Shown here: piece after piece, positions 1 through 6,059 of the stretch | Layout of the letters: every line of letters begins with the position of its first letter | How positions within the stretch are numbered: the stretch's first letter is position 1 | NCBI GenBank assembly: GCA_018896815.1 | Contig: JAHILY010000020.1 | Span: 1 to 38,640 of the forward strand | From: Candidatus Omnitrophota bacterium | GTDB taxonomy: Bacteria; Omnitrophota; Gorgyraeia; Gorgyraeales; Gorgyraeaceae | Length of the DNA: 38,640 bases | Direction: 5' to 3' | The notes under the pieces: model-generated | Seen by the model: the letters and a program-made list of their open reading frames with translations, nothing else | Told to the model about the DNA's origin: nothing | The model's database searches: none | Translations under genes and position numbers: made by a program

Positions 1-201
1 GGCGAGTATGTGGACATGATAGCAGCTGGCATTATAGACCCTACAAAGGTATCAAGGAGCGCGCTTGAAAATGCAGCCAGCGTAGCAGGATTGCTCCTGA
101 TGACAGAGTGTTTGATCTCAGATATGCCTGAGCCAGAAAACTCAGGACCAGGCATGCCCCCAGGCGGCGGAATGCCAGGAGGAATGGGAGGGATGTATTG
201 A
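1..201 (+). CDS. groL: Chaperonin GroEL, C-terminal end only (5' part lies outside the window)
   Basis: Frame 1 is open from base 1. It translates to ...[37 protein letters not shown]... followed by the Gly/Met-rich tail [13 protein letters not shown] typical of GroEL C-termini. Stop at 199-201. Confidence 0.9.
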   Translation, partial: GEYVDMIAAGIIDPTKVSRSALENAASVAGLLLMTECLISDMPEPENSGPGMPPGGGMPGGMGGMY

Positions 202-252
202 GTGAGGACATAAGTTACGGAGCGAAGCGACGTAACTTATAAGTCCGAACTC

Positions 253-304
253 ATCCGCCGAAGCGCATCTTCTTTGAAGTTTCTTCTTTGGCGAAGGCGG
301 ATAA
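253..304 (+). repeat. Conserved 52-nt post-stop element, copy 1 (ATCCGCCGAAGC...GAAGTTTCTTCTTTGGCGAAGGCGGATAA)
   Basis: 48 of 52 nt are identical to 28920-28971. The ends ATCCGCC/GGCGGAT are complementary and there is an internal GAAG-TTT-CTTC mini-hairpin. It lies between the groEL stop and its terminator. Confidence 0.8.
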
Positions 305-324
305 TATAGTGTGACAAAAACGAT

Positions 325-362
325 AACCCGTGTGCGATGTGTTCGTACACGGGTTATTTTTT
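325..362 (+). terminator. Intrinsic terminator downstream of groEL
   Basis: Stem AACCCGTGT (325-333) / ACACGGGTT (347-355) followed by a T-run (357-362). Confidence 0.75.
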
Positions 363-389
363 GACAATAGGTGGCATGTATGCTATATT
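361..389 (+). promoter_or_regulatory. Sigma70-type promoter for the moxR operon
   Basis: TTGACA (361-366), 17-nt spacer, TATATT (384-389). Confidence 0.55.
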
Positions 390-408
390 TATCATAAAGT
401 AGAGAGGT

Positions 409-468
409 ATTTCAAACCCGCAATGCAATTAAATTGCATTGCGGGTTTGTACAATGTGGGTTTGAAAT
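409..468 (+). promoter_or_regulatory. Structured 5' leader of moxR with mutually exclusive pairings
   Basis: Perfect 18-bp palindrome CAAACCCGCAATGCAATT / AATTGCATTGCGGGTTTG (413-430 / 432-449). ATTTCAAACCC (409-419) can instead pair with GGGTTTGAAAT (458-468). Confidence 0.4.
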
Positions 469-486
469 AGCAAAGAAAGGGGTTGT

Positions 487-1425
487 ATGCCTGGTCTTCA
501 TGAAGTTTCTCAGAAATTAATCGATAATATCTCCAAGGTCATTGTGGGAAAAAAAGAAGTAATCGAGTTTGTTGCGGTCGGCCTTATGGCCAATGGCCAT
601 GTGCTCTTAGAAGACGTGCCTGGCCTTGGCAAGACAATGCTCGCCCGTTCACTGGCCAGATCCATCCATGCAGAATTCAAGAGATTGCAGTTTACGCCTG
701 ACCTGTTGCCATCAGACGTTACAGGTGTTTCAATCTATAACCAGAAGACAAGCGAGTTTGAATTTAAAAAAGGCCCTATATTTGCAAACATAGTGCTGGC
801 TGATGAGATCAACCGTACGACCCCAAGGACACAGTCTGCGCTTTTAGAGGCCATGCAGGAGTTTAAGGTGACTGTGGACGGCATCTTGCGGGATCTGCCA
901 ATCCCATTTTTTGTAATCGCCACTGAAAACCCAATAGAGTTCCACGGCACATACCCTCTGCCTGAATCCCAGGTCGATAGGTTCCTGATGCAGCTTGGGG
1001 TCGGGTATCCCTCGCACCAGGAAGAGGTGGGCATCCTTACAAGGAATTTCAAAGAATCGCCATTGGAGACATTGCAGAGTGTCGTGAGCATACAGGAGAT
1101 CATTGAGGTGCAGGAGTTCGTGACGTCAGTGAGTATCGAAGAAAAGATAGTGGACTACATTGTAAAGATAATCTCCACCACAAGAAATCTTCCAGGCGAC
1201 ATAAAACTGGGTGCAAGTCCCAGGGCCTCGCTGGCCCTCATGCGCACTGCAAGGGCCCTGGCATTTCTGGACAAAAGAGATTATGTGATACCTGATGATG
1301 TAAAGCGGCTGGCATACCCTGTGTTAAGGCACAGGATCATTCTTCAGCCGCGTTCGATTGTGCGCGGACTCAGCGCACAAGATATTGTCGGACATATTCT
1401 AAAAAAGGTCCCTGTACCTGCGTAA
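487..1425 (+). CDS. moxR: MoxR-family AAA+ ATPase
   Basis: 312 aa. Walker A in VLLEDVPGLGKTMLARSLA, Walker B and sensor in LADEINRTTPRTQSALLEAMQE, and the length expected for the AAA_3/MoxR family. GGGG-rich SD at 478-483. Confidence 0.9.
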   Translation: MPGLHEVSQKLIDNISKVIVGKKEVIEFVAVGLMANGHVLLEDVPGLGKTMLARSLARSIHAEFKRLQFTPDLLPSDVTGVSIYNQKTSEFEFKKGPIFANIVLADEINRTTPRTQSALLEAMQEFKVTVDGILRDLPIPFFVIATENPIEFHGTYPLPESQVDRFLMQLGVGYPSHQEEVGILTRNFKESPLETLQSVVSIQEIIEVQEFVTSVSIEEKIVDYIVKIISTTRNLPGDIKLGASPRASLALMRTARALAFLDKRDYVIPDDVKRLAYPVLRHRIILQPRSIVRGLSAQDIVGHILKKVPVPA

Positions 1426-1428
1426 AAA

Positions 1429-2661
1429 ATGTTCACACCAAAAAGCATCTTTCTCCTCATAGCTATAATCGTCCTGCTCGCCATTGCATGGAATACTGAT
1501 ATCACCACTGTCTATATTTTCTTTGTCATAGCATTTGTGATGTTTGTCTTGTCCTTTATGCACCTCTATTTCAATATCCCCGATATAGAGTTTAAAAGAG
1601 ATGTGATGGATGCTGCATTCGAAGACGATATATTGAATGTCAAGATAGCGCTCAAAAACAAACGCATAATCAGTTCGTATTTTTTTGAGGTGGTAGATAA
1701 TTTTGCAGGCGCGCCGCCAGAGGAACAGGGCAAGTCACTTTTTATCCTGGATATAAAGGCAAAGGAAACAAAGAAAATAAACTATTTCGTAAACTGTTAT
1801 AAGAGAGGCCTGTGGAAAATAGGCCCTGTATTATTTGTATCGCAGGATGCATTGGGGTTTTTTAAGTTCAAGAAAACCCTTCACGTTGTTTCTGAGATTC
1901 TGGTCTATCCGAGTCTTTTTAAGGTCTTTAGCTTTCCTCCTCTTGCGAGCGGCTCTGTCTCCTGGATGGGCGTAGAGACAGCAAAGATAAGCGGTGATAG
2001 CCATGAGTTCTTTGGCATAAGGGAATATCAGAGAGGCGATGTAATGAGCCGTATACACTGGCCCTCGACAGCAAGGCACGGCAGGTTAATAGTAAAACAG
2101 TTTGAACGTAATGCAGTGCAAGAGGCCACGATAATATTTGACCTGAAAAAGGGTCATGACATCGGCGTGGGCAGAGAGACAACGCTTGGGTATGCAGTAA
2201 AGATAGCAGGCTCTGTGGCAAGGTATCTTTTGAACGAAGGCGCCTTGGTACAGATGATCGCGTATGGGAAAAAGTATAGCATAATGCTCCCTTTTGGAAA
2301 AGGCCAGTCGCACATGTACAAGATCTTTGAGAAACTTGCAATGGTCCAGGCAGATGGAGATATGACGCTTGGTCAGGCGCTTGAAGAGGCAAGTTTTATT
2401 GCCCCGCACAGGTCTACTGTCATAACAATAATGCTGGATAATGACATGCAGGCGCTGTCCAGCCTGATCCAGTTTAAAGTCAAAGGTATCAAACTCATAG
2501 TCATTGTCCTGGCAACCGCTACATTTGGACATGCAGATGAAGGTGAGTACTTAGACGCTGAAGGCGCAAAGGAATTTGACGAAGGCCTTGCCAGTCTAGA
2601 GGCATATGTGTACCGGATTTCGAAGGGGGACGATTTAGAGAAGGCGTTTGAGACGGTGTAA
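1429..2661 (+). CDS. DUF58-domain protein, the usual MoxR partner, with N-terminal TM helices
   Basis: 410 aa. DUF58 signature REYQRGDVMSRIHWPSTARHGRLIVKQFE. Starts 3 nt after the moxR stop. Confidence 0.85.
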   Translation: MFTPKSIFLLIAIIVLLAIAWNTDITTVYIFFVIAFVMFVLSFMHLYFNIPDIEFKRDVMDAAFEDDILNVKIALKNKRIISSYFFEVVDNFAGAPPEEQGKSLFILDIKAKETKKINYFVNCYKRGLWKIGPVLFVSQDALGFFKFKKTLHVVSEILVYPSLFKVFSFPPLASGSVSWMGVETAKISGDSHEFFGIREYQRGDVMSRIHWPSTARHGRLIVKQFERNAVQEATIIFDLKKGHDIGVGRETTLGYAVKIAGSVARYLLNEGALVQMIAYGKKYSIMLPFGKGQSHMYKIFEKLAMVQADGDMTLGQALEEASFIAPHRSTVITIMLDNDMQALSSLIQFKVKGIKLIVIVLATATFGHADEGEYLDAEGAKEFDEGLASLEAYVYRISKGDDLEKAFETV

Positions 2662-2687
2662 TTTATTGTAAGGAAACTCTAAAAAAG

Positions 2688-2916
2688 AAACCACAGAGCG
2701 CACAGAGAAATGTTGGTTTATAGTTTATTGTTTATGGTTTATTGTAAAAAACTCTGTGAACTCCAAAGACTTAAGAAAAGCCTTAAGCTGTAAGCTTTAA
2801 GCTATAAGCAAAAAATAAAAATAGGATAAAAAACATTAATATTATAAGAGAACACAGAGAAAAAATACTCATCTTAGAGTATTTTTAATTCAAAAAATCT
2901 CTGTGTCCTCTGTGGT
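2688..2916. repeat. 229-bp non-coding element bounded by CACAGAG-type inverted repeats (MITE-like)
   Basis: Left end AAACCACAGAGCGCACAGAGA (2688-2708). Right end TCTCTGTGTCCTCTGTGGT (2898-2916) is its reverse complement. Interior holds a GTTTAT tandem block (2709-2747), TAAGC x4 (2781-2808), an extra ACACAGAGA (2853-2861) and a perfect 10-bp hairpin AAAAATACTC/GAGTATTTTT (2862-2887). Confidence 0.6.
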
Positions 2917-2928
2917 ATCTTTTAACTG

Positions 2929-4578
2929 ATGGACAAAGACACACTATATTACCATTTTTCAAATCTCGGGTTGGTCCTGGTCGGGCTTTTGAGCATACAG
3001 TCGATCCTTGGGCCTTTTACATTTCTGATCATTGTCTTTGGCTCGATAATAGGCTTTATTGTGAGCTGGTCTATCAAGGATTCGCGTCCGCAGTACATGG
3101 ATATATTTATCGGAATGCTGTCTCTTGCAGCAGTAGTGATAATTTTAGGAAGATTGTATAATACGGCAATTTCATTTGACAACCTCCTGAAGATACTTTC
3201 AATGGCGCTTGCCTGGCTTACGCTTTTTCAGAGCTTTGGACTGCGCAGCGGAAATAGTTATGCAATGCTGCAGTTCATCTCAGCGTGCCTATTGATTTGT
3301 TCAGTAGGGCTTGCCCTTGAACAGGAGACCTTCTATGTTATTTTACTCGGATTATTTTTATTGATATTTATATTTGCCATGCGCTTGAATCTGGTGTGCG
3401 AGAAAAAAAGAAAAGGCTCGCAGATAATAGGGGACCAGGAAGAGGTCATGAGCCTGTCGAGACAGATCAGGGTGGTTGCCCTGATGTTCTGTTTTGTTTT
3501 TATTGTATCAGCGCTTATATATCCCTTTGTGCCCAGGTTCGGAAATATGTCTGTGAGGTGGATACCGTCCACGCTCCTTGGGCTTCCTGAAAAGGTGCCG
3601 ATACTGAAATTACTTAGCGAGGCAAAGAAGACCATTCAGGATGATAAAAGGATCAAAAAGGAACAGATAGTAGATGATGGAAGCAAAAAAAGAGAGACAG
3701 CTCCAGCGCAATTTGATGAGGCCAAGCTTAAGAAAAAGAAGTCCCAGGAAAAGAAACAAGATGAGAAAGAGAAGCAGGAGAAACAAAATGAACAAACAGA
3801 AAGATTCCGGGCAAAAGAATTTAAGCAAGACCTGGATATATTTAAAATAGAGTCGCTGGAGATAACTTCAGATAAAAACGAGGTTCCGTTAGATAGCAGC
3901 TGCAAGCTAAAGGCAGAGTTGAAGATGAACGATGGTTCTACAATACCTGCAACTCGTCTTGTTGACTGGAAGGCCAGGGGAGACGCAAGAGTTACGATTG
4001 ACAGCTCTGGCAATCTTGCCCCAAAGGAGAAAGGCGAAGTAGAGATTTCTGCCAGTTATCTGGGCGCATTTAGCAATGATTTAAAGATAAGCATAACTGA
4101 ACCGGCTAAGCCAGTAAAGAAAAAGAACTGGCTGTATTATGTATTTCTGACATTATTATGGCTTTTGATGCTGCTATTGCTATACATAGTTATTAGGGTT
4201 TATGTAAAGAGCAGGAGATTGGCTGAATTAAAGGTCAAGAATGCAAGGGAATTTATAAGAGAGATATATGCCTCGCTTTGTAATGCATTTAGATCTTATG
4301 GTTCTCCCAGGCTTAAACATATTGCGCACAGGGAATTTTTTCAGCACATAAAGTCGATTATTTCAGTAAATCCAGATCCAATGTGTCTCATGACAGAGGG
4401 TGTATTAGAGGCCGGATTCTCCAGGCATAAGATTACAGCAGAACATTCTAGTGAGAGCCTGCGGCTGTTCCACGAGGTGAAGAAGGTCGTTTTTGAGAGA
4501 GAAGATGGAAAAAAGTTCTGGAAAAAGCCACTTTTTGGGTTACTGATTCTGGATGTGCTATTGGTGCCGACAAAATAA
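2929..4578 (+). CDS. Multi-pass membrane protein: DUF3488-like N-terminus, Lys/Glu-rich linker, Big_2-like Ig domain, TM helix, DUF4129-like C-terminus. No recognisable transglutaminase core.
   Basis: 549 aa. Hydrophobic helices over about the first 200 aa. KKKKSQEKKQDEKEKQEKQNEQ low-complexity tract. LDSSCKLKAELKMNDGSTIPATRLVDWKARGDARVTIDSSGNLAPKEKGEVEISASYLG looks like a bacterial Ig-like group 2 domain. TM segment WLYYVFLTLLWLLMLLLLYIVI is followed by REFIREIYASLCNAFRSYGSPRLKHIAHREFFQHI. Sits in the third position of a MoxR-DUF58 triad. Confidence 0.6.
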   Translation: MDKDTLYYHFSNLGLVLVGLLSIQSILGPFTFLIIVFGSIIGFIVSWSIKDSRPQYMDIFIGMLSLAAVVIILGRLYNTAISFDNLLKILSMALAWLTLFQSFGLRSGNSYAMLQFISACLLICSVGLALEQETFYVILLGLFLLIFIFAMRLNLVCEKKRKGSQIIGDQEEVMSLSRQIRVVALMFCFVFIVSALIYPFVPRFGNMSVRWIPSTLLGLPEKVPILKLLSEAKKTIQDDKRIKKEQIVDDGSKKRETAPAQFDEAKLKKKKSQEKKQDEKEKQEKQNEQTERFRAKEFKQDLDIFKIESLEITSDKNEVPLDSSCKLKAELKMNDGSTIPATRLVDWKARGDARVTIDSSGNLAPKEKGEVEISASYLGAFSNDLKISITEPAKPVKKKNWLYYVFLTLLWLLMLLLLYIVIRVYVKSRRLAELKVKNAREFIREIYASLCNAFRSYGSPRLKHIAHREFFQHIKSIISVNPDPMCLMTEGVLEAGFSRHKITAEHSSESLRLFHEVKKVVFEREDGKKFWKKPLFGLLILDVLLVPTK

Positions 4579-4588
4579 CTATTCTCCC

Positions 4589-4617
4589 TTGACTTTATAT
4601 CTCAATTACTGTATTAT
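4589..4617 (+). promoter_or_regulatory. Sigma70-type promoter for the IMPDH-family gene
   Basis: TTGACT (4589-4594), 17-nt spacer, TATTAT (4612-4617). Confidence 0.5.
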
Positions 4618-4628
4618 ACATGGAAATT

Positions 4629-4753
4629 ATCCCCCTTGTTTTCTTCCCCGCAGATTTGCTGGTGCAAATCTAATCGCGGGGACAGGTCGAAAACAAAACA
4701 GGGGGGACTGCGGAAAATCGCTTAAAGTTTCGCCGAAGGCGATTTTCCTTGAA
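4629..4753 (+). repeat. C5TTGTTTT...AAAACAG6 palindromic element plus conserved 3' tail, copy A (lies in the 5' leader)
   Basis: Outer stem ATCCCCCTTGTTTT / AAAACAAAACAGGGGGG (4629-4707) encloses CCCCGC/GCGGGG and AGATTTGC/GCAAATCT stems. The tail GGGGGGACTGCGGAAAATCGCTTAAAGTTTCGCCGAAGGCGATTTTCCTTGAA closely matches 13417-13467. Confidence 0.6.
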
Positions 4754-4768
4754 CACGGAGGTATTACG

Positions 4769-5929
4769 ATGGGTATGTGGGTAGGAAGAGGAAGAAAAGC
4801 CCGTAGGTGCTATGGCTTTGATGAGGTAGCCCTTGTCCCAGGTCCTGTCACTATAAATCCAAACGAGGTCGATGTCAGCTGGGATCTTGGCAAAAAGAGA
4901 TACAAGGTACCTATTTTAGCTGCCGCAATGGACGGCGTAGTCGATGTTAAATTTGCTGTGGAGATGAGCAGGCTCGGCGGAATAGCAGTCCTTAATCTCG
5001 ACGGCGTACAGACCCGCTATGATAATCCAGAAGAGATCCTTAAGAAGATTGCCAAGGCATCCCCTGAAGAGGCAACCAAGCTTGTCCAGCCGCTGTATGT
5101 CAAACCAATAAAGGAAAGCCTGATCACGAAGAGGATAAAAGAGATAAAAAAGAACAAGGCAACTGTTGCTGTAAGCACTATACCGCAGAATGCAGAGAGA
5201 TTTGGCAAGATCGCACAGGAGGCTGGCGCTGACATATTTGTGGTGCAGTCCACTGTCATAAGCGTAAGGCACATATCAAAAGAATATAAAGTAGTAGACC
5301 TTAAGAAATTTATAAAATCCATGAAGATACCGGTGATCCTTGGTAATTGCGTGACATATTCAATTGGGCTTGAATTAATGGATGCAGGCGCCAGCGGGAT
5401 ACTGGTAGGCATTGGCCCTGGCGCAGCATGTACCACAAGGGGAGTTTTAGGCATAGGTGTCCCCCAGGTCACTGCTACTTCAGACCTTGCAGCCGCGCGC
5501 GATTTTCATCACAAGAAGACAGGCAAATATATACCTATAATAACTGACGGCGGCATGGATTCAGGCGGCGATATCTGCAAGGCATTTGCAAGCGGCGCAG
5601 ACGCAGTCATGGTAGGCTCAGCATTTGCGCGGGCAAAAGAGGCGCCTGGCAAAGGCTATCACTGGGGCATGGCAACGCCTCATGCGAACCTGCCAAGAGG
5701 CACGCGCATAAAGGTCGGCACCACAGGCACGCTCGAAGAGATACTGCTTGGCCCGGCAAGACTGGACGACGGATCGCAGAATCTCGTCGGCGCTCTTATG
5801 ACGTCCATGGGTAATGTCGGCGCCAGAGACATAAAAGAGATGCAGTTGACAGAAATCATCATAGCCCCATCTATCAAGACCGAAGGAAAGATCATGCAGC
5901 GCGCGCAGGGAATAGGGATGGGAAAATGA
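4769..5929 (+). CDS. IMP dehydrogenase-family protein lacking the CBS pair (GuaB3-like)
   Basis: Start reassigned to the ATG at 4769, with GGAGG 8 nt upstream. The track ORF from 4553 runs through the repeat and promoter region. MGMWVGRGRKARRCYGFDEVALVPG N-terminus. Catalytic-loop-like GIGPGAACTTRGVLGIGVPQ retains the Cys. ITDGGMDSGGDICKAFASGADAVMVGS. No ~120-aa CBS insertion. Confidence 0.8.
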   Translation: MGMWVGRGRKARRCYGFDEVALVPGPVTINPNEVDVSWDLGKKRYKVPILAAAMDGVVDVKFAVEMSRLGGIAVLNLDGVQTRYDNPEEILKKIAKASPEEATKLVQPLYVKPIKESLITKRIKEIKKNKATVAVSTIPQNAERFGKIAQEAGADIFVVQSTVISVRHISKEYKVVDLKKFIKSMKIPVILGNCVTYSIGLELMDAGASGILVGIGPGAACTTRGVLGIGVPQVTATSDLAAARDFHHKKTGKYIPIITDGGMDSGGDICKAFASGADAVMVGSAFARAKEAPGKGYHWGMATPHANLPRGTRIKVGTTGTLEEILLGPARLDDGSQNLVGALMTSMGNVGARDIKEMQLTEIIIAPSIKTEGKIMQRAQGIGMGK

Positions 5930-5962
5930 ATACACGATAACCAAAGTGGTTAAACTAAAAAG

Positions 5963-6050
5963 TTAAAAGTAAAAAGGCAAAACTAAAACTTAAAATTTAA
6001 AAGTTTTTAGTTTTTAATTGTGGTTTTGACTTTTGCGTTTTTACTTTTGA
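5963..6050. repeat. AT-rich imperfect palindrome immediately upstream of dnaE
   Basis: TTAAAAGTAAAAAGGCAAAA (5963-5982) matches the reverse complement of TTTTGCGTTTTTACTTTTGA (6031-6050) at 18 of 20 positions. The interior is stuttered AAAAC/AAAAG words. Confidence 0.5.
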
Positions 6051-6059
6051 GTTATAAGA

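Noticed and set aside
4629-4753. Assignment of the shared leader to a known riboswitch class (purine, ZTP, ykkC/PRPP-ppGpp, ydaO c-di-AMP)
   Set aside because: I recognise none of the conserved core sequences of those classes. The interior of the main hairpin differs completely between copies. It is left as an unclassified candidate rather than named.
4553-4768. 72-codon N-terminal extension of the IMPDH-family ORF
   Set aside because: The extension covers a promoter and the palindromic leader element. Homology-like sequence and a GGAGG SD begin at the ATG at 4769.
5963-6050. Replication origin next to dnaE
   Set aside because: I found no DnaA-box-like 9-mers, dnaA and dnaN are not nearby, and the AT-rich palindrome alone is insufficient.
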